This document shows positions 9,277-17,803 of a DNA stretch of 32,000 nucleotides, in pieces. The notes under the pieces are model-generated. The model was not told the DNA's origin and made no database searches. It was given only the letters and a program-made list of their open reading frames with translations. Numbering within the stretch: position 1 is the first letter of the stretch; every line of letters begins with the position of its first letter. Position numbers and translations under genes: made by a program. The stretch comes from Geotalea daltonii FRC-32 (GTDB taxonomy: Bacteria; Desulfobacterota; Desulfuromonadia; Geobacterales; Geobacteraceae): contig NC_011979.1 in NCBI RefSeq assembly GCF_000022265.1, positions 1,530,001 through 1,562,000 on the forward strand, in the 5' to 3' direction.

Positions 9277-12200
9277 TTATCGGCCCCCTTTTTGCTCTTC
9301 TTCTCGCGCAGATGAGCCAGAAGCGGTCCGTAGACCGCCATGGACAGCTGCATGAAACCCTCGTCCAAGGGATCTGTCTCGCCGAAGCAGCGCTGAAACC
9401 AAGGATCATCCTTTTCTCCCGGATAGTCTTCGGAGCCGTGCCATTTTTTGCCTGCATCGGCCAGTGCCTTTGCCGCCTTCTTCGGATCGGAGGCTTTTTT
9501 CGCATATTCAAGTGCGGTTTCCGGGAAAAAACGCAGGGGGGTGGCTATGCCCCGCCGGTAGAGGGCCAATAATTTTGCCAGCTCGCTGTGGCTGTCGGAG
9601 ACCGGGGCAGCGGTAAGAGTGGCGTCGCTGGCCAGGAGGAAGCCGCTGCGTGGATAGTTCTCCGGCGCGGCGCAGTTCAGGCAGAGATATTCGATCCACA
9701 TGCGCAACCTGTCCTTTGCCTTCAACTTTGCGTACCGGTAATGGATGAGGCCGGTGGGCCAGATGCGCTCGATGCGGCCGACCAGACGCACCCCGCAGGA
9801 CTCGATCTGGAGCTCCAGCGTGGGGAGAGGTGGTCCTGGGGCAACGGCTGCCACTTGAGCGGCAAATTCGCTTGCTGCCGCTGCCAGCTTGTCGTAAATA
9901 ACCAGCCCCGGTTCCCCCGGCGGGAGATCGCCCCGGCTTGCGGCAACGGTTCGATGTACCGAAAGATCCTCCCCCTCCACCAACCTGGCCACCATCTCCT
10001 GCTCCAGGGCATATTTACACAGGTGATTCAGCGAAAAGGGTTCGTCTTCCTCCATGGTTTCATGGCGCAGTTCCAGAAAGATTCCCAGTTGCCGCTGCAG
10101 CAGGTGTCGGCACGGGTTGGCGAAAAAATCCACCAGCTCCGTAATGTTGATCACCGTCTCTGTTACCACTGGCAGCGGCCTGGTGAAAAAGCTGGCCGGT
10201 TCGGCTGCCGGCGGGGCCGCAAATGCTGCCAGCCTGTTTTCACGGCTATAGCTGAAAAGCAGGCCATTGCCGGGGCAGAAGTACCTGTAGCTGAAGGGCT
10301 GCAAGGGATGATCGATGCAGAGGGCATCTCCAGCTGCCTTGTCATCGTCCTCTCTGTCTGCGACCGTGAAACTTTTGCTGCAGTAGTCGATCAGCTCGCT
10401 GACCAGGGGAGAGGGGGGCAACAGGCTGTTATCCTTGATGCTTCGCCCCACGTAACTGATGTAAAAATGTTCCCGGGCAGAGAGGATCGCTTCCAGGAAC
10501 AGGTAACGGTCTTCGTCCCGTTGGTTGCGGTCGCCCCGTCGGGGTGCTGCAGCCATGAGATCGAAGCCGCTTTTCCGGTTGCGGCGGGGAAAGACACCAT
10601 CATTCATCCCCAGAAGGCAGATGACGCGAAAGGGGATGCTGCGCATGGGAAGCATGGCGCAGAAGGTGATCCCGCCGGTGAGAAAGCCGAAGCCCCGCTG
10701 TTGCCGGTCAAGTTTTTCCCCCACCCAGGACCTGATCACCTCAATCCCGACGGCGCCGGTGAACATGGCCATGCTGCCGCAACTCTCCAGCAGGTCGATA
10801 ACCCGGAGCAAACCGCCAATGTCATCTTCATCGTTCAGGTCATCCGGGGCAAAGAAGGTCGTTATGAGCGTGCGCAGTTCCCCGGTCCATTCATGAAGGT
10901 GCCGCGGCTTTGTCAGGCGGGCTGCGGTCCGGAAAAGAGTTTCGCACAATTCGAGAAACCGCCCCAGCACGACGGTATCCGACCCTTCCACATGGTCATA
11001 GGGGAGAATTCCGGCGAAGAACCTGTTGTCGTTGCCGGCCATGGCGTAGCCGAGGAGGAGACGATCAAGCCCGGCCCGCCAGGAATTCTCTCCAAAGGAG
11101 GGAAGACCATGTTCGCTACGGGTGTGGGCATCGATTCCCCAACGGACGTTGGTGGCGGACAGCCACTGGCGGATCAGATCCAGATCGCCTGTGGCTAGCC
11201 CATAACGGCGCAGGATGGGTGCTGCTTCCACAATGTCGAGTACCTGGGTGACGGTGAAGCGGCTACCGCAGAGATCGAGAATGGCGAGGAATGTTTCGGC
11301 GGCTTCTCCCTCACGGCGCAGGCTGCGGTCGGCGATGGAAAAGGGAATCTTTTCCTCTGCACGTTCCGGGCTGCCGAACACCGCGGAGATATAGGGGGCG
11401 TAGCTTTCGATGTCTGGCGTCATGACCAGGATATCCCGGGGGGACATGGATGGATCCTGATCAAGTCGGTGGAGCAGCTGGTCGTAGAGCACCTCTACTT
11501 CGCGCATTGGGCTGTGGCAGGAGTGGATGCGCAGGGAATCATCCGTGCAGGAGACGATACTCTTCTGTTCACTGCGCCGGTCCCGCAGGTCTAGTATATC
11601 CCCTTGTATGGCGTGGAGCAGGCAGTTTCCGTCCGGCTCCATAAAAGATTCCTCAGGGGCAACTTCTCCGCAGTCGTTGATCAGAGTCTCGAAGAAGTCC
11701 CTTCCGGTGCGGCCGAAAGAGGCGAGCAATGGATTGCCGGTCTCGAAATAGTCCGCTCCGCCGCTGAAATCGAATTCCTGTTGGCCGATCCTGGGCAGCG
11801 TCCTCTCCGGTACGATCTTGCCCCAATACTGGCGGCATGGATTGAGGAGGAATAGGTTGACTTCGGTGTGCCGGGCGATGGCGGTGAGGACCTCCAGGTG
11901 AAAGGGTGGAAGGGTGGGGATACCGATTAGTGAGATACGCTGGGGAAGATCGACGGGTTTTTGTTTCCCGCGGCCCAGTTGGCGGCGAAACTGCATCAGC
12001 AGGGACGCCCGGTGGTGGGAGCTGTTTTTGACCAGTTCCCGCCACAATGACGCCTGCCAGCCGTCAGCTGCTCCATTCTCCCAGGAGGCCAGCAAGTCAG
12101 ACCGATAAATAGTGTATTGATCGTAGGTATCGGCAATGACGCCTGCCAGCTGCAGGCGTTTCAGTCCGGCAGGGTCCTCGGCCAGATAGGCGGCCAGGGG

Positions 12201-12536
12201 TTGAAAATCGGCCTGTTCCAGATAGCCGGGTAACACCTCCATGATGCGCCAGGTGAGCACATCTGGATGGAAGGAAGATATTTCGGGGGGGGCGGTAAGG
12301 TTGGGAATGACGCTGGTGAAAAGCTGATCGATGAGGGCATTGGGAAAAGGAAACTCGGCATTGGCCCACACCCCCAGGTTCTTTGCCAGTTCCATGGCCA
12401 GCCAGCGTTGCATTCCCTTGCTCTGGACAACGATGATCTCCGGAACGAAGACGGAAGCAAGGGGCCTCTTCACCACTGAGGCCAGTTCCTCGACGAGGAC
12501 TTCCATACGGTTGCTGGTAATTACTCTCAGCGCCAT
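9273..12536 (-). CDS. recC: Exodeoxyribonuclease V gamma subunit RecC
   Basis: 1087 aa. The N-terminus MALRVITSNRMEVLVEEL resembles the canonical RecC start (..V.HSNR.E.L). Its position upstream of recB-recD and its size fit RecC. Confidence 0.9.
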   Translation of the reverse strand: MALRVITSNRMEVLVEELASVVKRPLASVFVPEIIVVQSKGMQRWLAMELAKNLGVWANAEFPFPNALIDQLFTSVIPNLTAPPEISSFHPDVLTWRIMEVLPGYLEQADFQPLAAYLAEDPAGLKRLQLAGVIADTYDQYTIYRSDLLASWENGAADGWQASLWRELVKNSSHHRASLLMQFRRQLGRGKQKPVDLPQRISLIGIPTLPPFHLEVLTAIARHTEVNLFLLNPCRQYWGKIVPERTLPRIGQQEFDFSGGADYFETGNPLLASFGRTGRDFFETLINDCGEVAPEESFMEPDGNCLLHAIQGDILDLRDRRSEQKSIVSCTDDSLRIHSCHSPMREVEVLYDQLLHRLDQDPSMSPRDILVMTPDIESYAPYISAVFGSPERAEEKIPFSIADRSLRREGEAAETFLAILDLCGSRFTVTQVLDIVEAAPILRRYGLATGDLDLIRQWLSATNVRWGIDAHTRSEHGLPSFGENSWRAGLDRLLLGYAMAGNDNRFFAGILPYDHVEGSDTVVLGRFLELCETLFRTAARLTKPRHLHEWTGELRTLITTFFAPDDLNDEDDIGGLLRVIDLLESCGSMAMFTGAVGIEVIRSWVGEKLDRQQRGFGFLTGGITFCAMLPMRSIPFRVICLLGMNDGVFPRRNRKSGFDLMAAAPRRGDRNQRDEDRYLFLEAILSAREHFYISYVGRSIKDNSLLPPSPLVSELIDYCSKSFTVADREDDDKAAGDALCIDHPLQPFSYRYFCPGNGLLFSYSRENRLAAFAAPPAAEPASFFTRPLPVVTETVINITELVDFFANPCRHLLQRQLGIFLELRHETMEEDEPFSLNHLCKYALEQEMVARLVEGEDLSVHRTVAASRGDLPPGEPGLVIYDKLAAAASEFAAQVAAVAPGPPLPTLELQIESCGVRLVGRIERIWPTGLIHYRYAKLKAKDRLRMWIEYLCLNCAAPENYPRSGFLLASDATLTAAPVSDSHSELAKLLALYRRGIATPLRFFPETALEYAKKASDPKKAAKALADAGKKWHGSEDYPGEKDDPWFQRCFGETDPLDEGFMQLSMAVYGPLLAHLREKKSKKGADK

Positions 12537-12563
12537 CGGCGGACCTCTGCAGAGAATGGCCTG

Positions 12564-13667
12564 TTATGCACCGGCTTTTTTCAGGAAATCCCTGACCATG
12601 GGGGTGAATGTTTCATGCTCAAGGAGGAAGGCGTCATGGCCATAAGCCGAATTGATCAGGTGGTATTCCACCGGTTTGCCGAGTTTTTTCAGCATTCTGA
12701 CCATTTCCTCCGTCTGGGGAGGGGGATAGAGCCAGTCGGAGGAGAAGGCGAAGAACTGCATGGGGGCCTTGACTTGGGCAAAGGCTTCTTCCAGTGATTC
12801 ATAGCCCCAGGCCACGTCGTAAAGGTCAAGGGCTTTGGCCAGGTAGAGAAAGGCGTTGGTGTCGAAACGGTCGACAAAGTTGTAGCCGTTGTAGTTCAGG
12901 TAGCGCTCCACCTCGAACTGGCCGAAGAAGTCGAACTGGCCGTCCTTGGCGGAAAAACGCCGGCCGAACTTGGCGGTCATGGATTCATCGGAGAGGAAGG
13001 TGATGTGGCCGATGCCCCGTGCAAGGGCCAGGCCGTCCCGTGGATTTTTGCGGTATTCCCCCTTTTTCCAGGTGGGATCGTTGAATATGGCCCAGCGGGC
13101 TACGGCATTGAGACTGATGGCCTGTGCCGACGGGCGCGGCGTGGTGGCGAGGATGACGGCCGAGGCAATGCGGTCCGGGAACTGGGTTGCCCACTCCAGT
13201 GCCTGCATTCCCCCCATGCTTCCCCCCATTACCGCATGAAGGCGCTCAATGCCCAGATGGTCGATGAGCAGCGCCTGGGCACGTACCATGTCGCGGACGG
13301 TAATGACCGGGAAGGTCAGGGCGTACTTTTTTCCGGTCTTGGGGTTTATGGATGCAGGACCGGTGGAGCCGAAGCAGGAGCCGATCACATTGGAGCAGAT
13401 AACAAAGTAGCGGTTGGTATCCAGCAGTTTGCCGGGGCCGACAATTTCATTCCACCATCCCGGTTTCTGCTCACTCTCGCAGTATCTGCCTGCCAGGTGG
13501 GCACTGCCGGTCCATGCATGGGTAACCATGATGGCGTTTGAGCGATCGGCATTAAGGATGCCGTAAGTTTCATAGGCAATGGTGATCGGCCCGAGGATGC
13601 GGCCGCTTTCCAGGCGGAGGTCAGTTTGGAAGGTGATAGATTTTTCTTCAACTATGCCGACTGTCAT
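12564..13667 (-). CDS. metX: Homoserine O-acetyltransferase MetX
   Basis: MTVGIVEEK... start at 13667, nucleophile elbow [12 protein letters not shown] and a C-terminal [10 protein letters not shown]. The track's 31-codon N-terminal extension runs through the riboswitch terminator, so I reject it. Confidence 0.92.
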   Translation of the reverse strand: MTVGIVEEKSITFQTDLRLESGRILGPITIAYETYGILNADRSNAIMVTHAWTGSAHLAGRYCESEQKPGWWNEIVGPGKLLDTNRYFVICSNVIGSCFGSTGPASINPKTGKKYALTFPVITVRDMVRAQALLIDHLGIERLHAVMGGSMGGMQALEWATQFPDRIASAVILATTPRPSAQAISLNAVARWAIFNDPTWKKGEYRKNPRDGLALARGIGHITFLSDESMTAKFGRRFSAKDGQFDFFGQFEVERYLNYNGYNFVDRFDTNAFLYLAKALDLYDVAWGYESLEEAFAQVKAPMQFFAFSSDWLYPPPQTEEMVRMLKKLGKPVEYHLINSAYGHDAFLLEHETFTPMVRDFLKKAGA

Positions 13668-13685
13668 AACATGCCTTTTGTATGG

Positions 13686-13853
13686 AAAAAGCCCCTTCCG
13701 GATAACGAGAAGGGGCTTTGGTGTTGATCGATCTAAAGCGCCTCTCTCATCTTTACCCAATGGGCAGGATTTAGCACCTGACGCCGTCCTTTCGGATCAA
13801 CCGGTTGCTGTGGTTTCACAGGGCCTTTTCCCTCCACCACTCTTGATAAGCAG
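13686..13853 (-). promoter_or_regulatory. SAM-I (S-box) riboswitch with intrinsic terminator, upstream of metX
   Basis: The minus strand reads CTTATCAAGAGTGGTGGAGGGAAAAGGCCCTGTGAAACCACAGCAACC...GGTGCTAAATCCTGCCC...AAGATGAGAG, which matches the S-box core boxes. It is followed by AAAGCCCCTTC-TCGTTATCCG-GAAGGGGCTTTTTCC (13686..13719). Confidence 0.92.
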
Positions 13854-13878
13854 GTCTGCATATTCAATTGTAGGGCAA

Positions 13879-13907
13879 AGGATAAGGGAGCGGCTTTCTT
13901 TTGTCAA
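13879..13907 (-). promoter_or_regulatory. Candidate sigma70 promoter for the metX leader
   Basis: Minus strand: TTGACA (13902..13907), a 17-nt spacer, then TATCCT (13879..13884). This lies about 25 nt upstream of riboswitch P1. Confidence 0.4.
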
Positions 13908-13915
13908 CGGCAAAT

Positions 13916-14086
13916 TTACAGCTGATTGCGGTACTTGACGAGCAGAAAGAGGCAGGCCACGCCTCCCGCGGCCATGGCAAGGTCCCGCAGCCAGGGGACC
14001 GGCTTGTCCAAGCCGGAGTAAATGATCGGGTCAAGAAATGCGGAGATGAGCAGCCCTGTGCCTCCCCAGGTGAGAAGTTTCTTCAT
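13916..14086 (-). CDS. Small hydrophobic (two-TM-like) protein, 56 aa
   Basis: MKKLLTWGGTGLLISAFLDPIIYSGLDKPVPWLRDLAMAAGGVACLFLLVKYRNQL. An AGGAG SD precedes the start by 9 nt (complement of 14096..14100), and the start lies 15 nt after the stop of the upstream TIGR02757 gene. It falls below the ORF-track length cutoff. Confidence 0.45.
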   Translation of the reverse strand: MKKLLTWGGTGLLISAFLDPIIYSGLDKPVPWLRDLAMAAGGVACLFLLVKYRNQL

Positions 14087-14101
14087 CGGTTCATGCTCCT
14101 T

Positions 14102-14965
14102 TCAAGCCGTCTCTTCCGAAGGGTCGCACACTTCCCTGATCGGGCAGGACAGGCATTTGGTCAGATTCTTGCCGTTGCAGCCTTCGGAGATTCCCAGATG
14201 GCAAAGGCTGAAATCGTATTTGACCGGATCGTCGGGATCGAGCTTCTTCAACGCGGCGGTGATTTCCCTTGCCATTCGCCAGTCTGCCTGCTTGCGACTG
14301 GTGAAGCCGAGAAAACGGCCGATGCGCTGGATGTGGGCATCTACCGGGATCACCAGTTGGGCCGGTGAGACTTTTTTCCACAGTCCGAGATCAATGCCGT
14401 CCGCTGGCCGGACCATCCAGCGCAGATACATGCAGAGCCTTTTGCAGGCGCTTCCGGAGGCGGGAGAGGGGAAGAAAAAACGGAAATAAGAATCAGCCGG
14501 GATAGTTGACGAACCGAAGACCGGGGAGAAATCCATTGCCTGAATATTTTCGGTGAACAGGGTCAGGGATTCGGTGATGTCTTCGGCGGCAGCATCGTGG
14601 CAACTGAGGAAATATTCGCCGATGGAGTCGGCTTCGTCGATCATCAGTTGGCAGGCCAGCAGCAAGGCGCAGAGATCCCGACCATCGTTGAAGCGATGTT
14701 TAAAACCGGCGAATAGTTGGAGGGCTGCGGCAGGTTCTAACTCTTCTACAAACTTCCGGGGTGAATGTCCCATTTTACTGAAGATGGATTCCAGGTTTCT
14801 CAGGATTATTTTGACGTTGCCATAAGCGAAGGCAGCGGCGATAAAGCCGGCTATTTCCTGGTCTGCAGGGAGAATGTAGCGGTGACAGAAGGATAGAGGG
14901 TCGTTCGCCAGATGAACGGTAGATCTGTCGGCATAAAGGGATTCAAGAAGTTGTTTCAACTGCAT
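14102..14965 (-). CDS. TIGR02757/DUF2400 family protein, HhH-GPD-like with a C-terminal Cys cluster
   Basis: Overall resemblance to the TIGR02757 family. VIPVDAHIQRIGRFLGF resembles the EndoIII/MutY VDTH..R...R.G segment. The C-terminus has C-x7-C-x2-C-x5-C (CNGKNLTKCLSCPIREVC). The start is either the ATG at 14965 or a TTG at 14971. Confidence 0.75.
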   Translation of the reverse strand: MQLKQLLESLYADRSTVHLANDPLSFCHRYILPADQEIAGFIAAAFAYGNVKIILRNLESIFSKMGHSPRKFVEELEPAAALQLFAGFKHRFNDGRDLCALLLACQLMIDEADSIGEYFLSCHDAAAEDITESLTLFTENIQAMDFSPVFGSSTIPADSYFRFFFPSPASGSACKRLCMYLRWMVRPADGIDLGLWKKVSPAQLVIPVDAHIQRIGRFLGFTSRKQADWRMAREITAALKKLDPDDPVKYDFSLCHLGISEGCNGKNLTKCLSCPIREVCDPSEETA

Positions 14966-15066
14966 CTGCAAACCATTGCTACCTCAGTGGGTGGACAATC
15001 CTCGCGGGAATGATAGATTAACATAGAGAAATAACCGCTGGAAGCAAAAAGGAGGAAAGAGAAATT

Positions 15067-15438
15067 ATGAAACTTGCAGAGCTTTTTCCTGAGGAGGGGC
15101 GCGGTGTCATCGCTACAGCAGATGCTTCCGGGCAGGTAAATACGGCGGTCTATGCCATACCACACGTCATCGATGAAGAAACCGTGGCCTGGGGGATGAC
15201 TCAGGGGCGGACTTACGACAATCTACTGGCCAATCCCAATGCATCCTATCTTTACCTGGCTCCCTCACGCGGAGGCAATGGCTGGCGCCTTACCCTGCAG
15301 CTGAAGGATTTTCAGGATTCAGGCCAAATGCTTGATGAAATACGGGCGCATACCTCACGGATTGTTTCGACACAGGCCGGTGAGGCTGTCCGGTACGTGG
15401 CACGGTTCAAGGTAACGGAGATCCGGCCTCTTGTTTGA
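15067..15438 (+). CDS. Pyridoxamine 5'-phosphate oxidase-like FMN-binding split-barrel protein
   Basis: 123 aa with an N-terminal pattern (GVIATADASGQVNTAVY...) typical of the PNPOx-like family. A GGAGG lies upstream. Confidence 0.7.
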   Translation: MKLAELFPEEGRGVIATADASGQVNTAVYAIPHVIDEETVAWGMTQGRTYDNLLANPNASYLYLAPSRGGNGWRLTLQLKDFQDSGQMLDEIRAHTSRIVSTQAGEAVRYVARFKVTEIRPLV

Positions 15439-15443
15439 ATCAT

Positions 15444-15896
15444 TCAGGGTTCTCTTTTCGGCGTCTCCAGAATGAAGGTAACCGGGCCGTCGTTGATGAG
15501 AGAGACCTTCATATCTGCCTGGAATATCCCTGACTGGACAGGAATTCCCATTTCCCATATCTTGCCGTTGAAATACTGATACAGGTGATTGGCGTCCTCC
15601 GGTGGCGCCGCCGTGTCGAAGGAGGGACGTCGCCCCTTGCTGCAGTTGCCGGCCAAGGTGAACTGGGAAACGGATAGCAGTTCACCTTTGATATCCATGA
15701 GCGACAGGTTCATTTTGCCCCCATCATCCTCGAATATGCGCAGGTTGACAATTTTTTCCGCAAGCCAGTCCGCATTCCGGGTCTCATCCCCCTTTTCAAC
15801 GCCGAGGAGGACCAGGACGCCCCTCTCGATGCTGCCGACCTTCTTGCCGTCAACTCTTACGGTTGCTTCGCTTACCCTCTGGATTACCGCTTTCAT
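15444..15896 (-). CDS. dtd: D-aminoacyl-tRNA deacylase
   Basis: MKAVIQRV...SQFTL...NDGPVT, the hallmark Dtd motifs. 150 aa. There is a 4-nt overlap with the upstream macro gene. Confidence 0.93.
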   Translation of the reverse strand: MKAVIQRVSEATVRVDGKKVGSIERGVLVLLGVEKGDETRNADWLAEKIVNLRIFEDDGGKMNLSLMDIKGELLSVSQFTLAGNCSKGRRPSFDTAAPPEDANHLYQYFNGKIWEMGIPVQSGIFQADMKVSLINDGPVTFILETPKREP

Positions 15897-16408
15897 TGAA
15901 ATATTTCCCTGAGCTTCCTCTTATAAATGGCCAAAGCACCATCACTGAAGGTGACGAAAACTATCTTTTCCAACTCCGGGTATTTCTCCATGGCCAGCTT
16001 TGCTTCGCCCATGGCAATTTTGCAGGCCTCATCCATGGGGTAGCCATAGACACCGGCACTGATGGCTGGAAAGGCAAGAAATTTCAATTGGTTGGCATGG
16101 GCAACCTCAAAGCAGCGTCGATAGGCGCGCCTCAGAAGTTCCGGCTCCCCCTTGTCGCCGCCGTGCCAGACCGGTCCAACCGTGTGGATGACGTGAGCCG
16201 CCGGCAACTTGTATCCCTTGGTAATCTTAGCGTCGCCGGTCTCGCATCCGCCCAGTGTGGAACATTCGGCCACCAGTTCCGGACCTGCTGCCCTGTGAAT
16301 GGCGCCGTCGACGCCGCCGCCGCCGAGCAGGGTATTGTTGGCGGCATTGATAATGGCATCCACAGCCAGGGTGGTAATGTCTCCTCTGATGATCTCAATT
16401 TTTGCCAT
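15893..16408 (-). CDS. Macro domain protein (O-acetyl-ADP-ribose deacetylase, YmdB-like)
   Basis: [34 protein letters not shown] and [12 protein letters not shown] are canonical macrodomain motifs. An AGGAGG SD is present. Confidence 0.9.
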   Translation of the reverse strand: MAKIEIIRGDITTLAVDAIINAANNTLLGGGGVDGAIHRAAGPELVAECSTLGGCETGDAKITKGYKLPAAHVIHTVGPVWHGGDKGEPELLRRAYRRCFEVAHANQLKFLAFPAISAGVYGYPMDEACKIAMGEAKLAMEKYPELEKIVFVTFSDGALAIYKRKLREIFQ

Positions 16409-16420
16409 GGTTGCCTCCTG

Positions 16421-17278
16421 CTATCTCTGTTTTACCATGTCCCGCAGCAGCTTCAGGTTGATCTCATCCATCTCGTTGTTGTCACCCTTCGGTGTTTCCA
16501 GGATCTTGGGTATTCCGGCAAAGCGGGGGTCGTTCATGATGAGGGAGAATGCGGTGGCGCCGATGGCTCCCTTGCCGATATGCTCATGGCGGTCGATCCG
16601 GCAGTTGAGCCCCTTTTTCGAGTCATTGAAGTGGAAGCACTGCAGCCGGTCAAGGCCGATGATCCGGTCGAATTCCTCCCAAACCTGGCCGTATGCGGCT
16701 GCGCTGGTGATGTCGTAACCGGCGGCGAAGGTGTGGCAGGTATCATAGCAGACGCCGAAACGATCCGGATGGGCCGAGCCTTCGATGATGGTCCTTAGAT
16801 GCTCGAAGGTGTAGCCCAGGTTGGTTCCCTGACCGGCGGTGGTCTCCAGGAGGATTTTGCCAGAGTAAGCAGGGGTCTCGGCAATCAGGTAGTCGAAGGC
16901 CTCGATAATGCGTCTCAGCCCCACCTCTTCACCATCGCCGTTGTGGGAGCCGGGGTGCATGACGATCTTGCCGATGCCCAGGCGTGAGCAGCGGATCATC
17001 TCCTCCTGAAAACCGTTGAGGCTCTTGTCTCGTATTTCTCCCGGAGCGGAGGCAAGATTGATGAGATAGATATCGTGGCTGATGACCTCGTTAAGGCCTG
17101 ATTCCGCCAGTTTTTCCTTGAAAAGAAGGATGTCCGGGTCGGAGATCAGTTTGCCACGCCATTGATTGGTGTTCTGGGTGAAGAGCTGAATGACGCCGCA
17201 ACCGGCCTTGACACCGCGCTCCGGGGCATTATGGATGCCGCCGGCAATGGACATGTGTGCTCCCACATAATCCTTCAT
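16421..17278 (-). CDS. nfo: Endonuclease IV (deoxyribonuclease IV)
   Basis: GAHMSIAGG..., VMHPGSH, CYDTCHTFAAGYD and HFNDSK..G.R.DRHEHIG are the Nfo metal-ligand motifs. The start lies 1 nt after the HIT stop. Confidence 0.92.
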   Translation of the reverse strand: MKDYVGAHMSIAGGIHNAPERGVKAGCGVIQLFTQNTNQWRGKLISDPDILLFKEKLAESGLNEVISHDIYLINLASAPGEIRDKSLNGFQEEMIRCSRLGIGKIVMHPGSHNGDGEEVGLRRIIEAFDYLIAETPAYSGKILLETTAGQGTNLGYTFEHLRTIIEGSAHPDRFGVCYDTCHTFAAGYDITSAAAYGQVWEEFDRIIGLDRLQCFHFNDSKKGLNCRIDRHEHIGKGAIGATAFSLIMNDPRFAGIPKILETPKGDNNEMDEINLKLLRDMVKQR

Positions 17279-17279
17279 A

Positions 17280-17711
17280 TCACCTCTGTTCCTGGTCTAT
17301 GGATAAGAGCGTTTTCCCGATCAGGCGAGTACGCTCGGCATATTCGCTCTCGCCGAGAATGATCTCCTGGTGCGGTTCGGACCAGATGGGGCGTGGCCAC
17401 AGCGGGTCTTCGGCAAACCTGGGGACGATGTGCCAGTGCATGTGCGGCACCATGTTGCCCAGAAGTTCATAGTTTATTTTAGCCGGCTGAAAGAGCTTGT
17501 AAAGGGTCGCCGCCACGGCAGAAACTTCTTCCATGACCGCGGTTCTCGCGGCACGGTCCAGGTGGAAGAGTTCGGTGACATGGCTGCGGGTAAAAACAAA
17601 GGTGTAGCCGGGGAAAAACTGGTCGCGGTTGAGCATAACCAGGCAGTGTTCGAGCTCGGCAACCCTCAGGTGCGGCTCATCGTTCCATTTGCTGCACATT
17701 GGGCAAGTCAT
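17280..17711 (-). CDS. HIT family hydrolase
   Basis: Histidine triad HMHWHIVPRF and an N-terminal CPMC. 143 aa. Confidence 0.85.
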   Translation of the reverse strand: MTCPMCSKWNDEPHLRVAELEHCLVMLNRDQFFPGYTFVFTRSHVTELFHLDRAARTAVMEEVSAVAATLYKLFQPAKINYELLGNMVPHMHWHIVPRFAEDPLWPRPIWSEPHQEIILGESEYAERTRLIGKTLLSIDQEQR

Positions 17712-17740
17712 TTTTTTCTCTCGTCTTGAGCTGAAAATAT

Positions 17741-17767
17741 GAAGGCGAAGAAAAAAACTTCGCCTTC
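17741..17767 (-). terminator. Intrinsic terminator after dapF
   Basis: GAAGGCGAAG-TTTTTTT-CTTCGCCTTC (minus strand), a 10-bp perfect stem followed by ATATTTTC. It lies 37 nt downstream of the dapF stop. Confidence 0.6.
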
Positions 17768-17803
17768 CGTGTAGCTGCAGCGGTGGGTTGTGCTGCTTTT
17801 CTG

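Noticed and set aside
9588-11198. 536-aa plus-strand ORF, the longest unassigned ORF in the track
   Set aside because: It lies entirely antisense to recC. Its translation is a low-complexity Gly/Ala/Pro/Arg/Gln-rich sequence with no motif, whereas the opposite strand gives a coherent RecC. This is a typical shadow ORF in GC-rich coding DNA.
15436-15446. 11-nt palindrome TGAATCATTCA whose outer triplets are the stop codons of the convergent PNPOx-like and dtd genes
   Set aside because: It is a curiosity only. Five-bp arms with a 1-nt loop cannot form a hairpin, and no terminator is present. Probably coincidence.
15863-16798. 311-aa plus-strand ORF spanning the macro and nfo genes
   Set aside because: It is antisense to two genes with unambiguous family motifs. 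Its composition is Gly/Ala/Val-rich and it has no SD.
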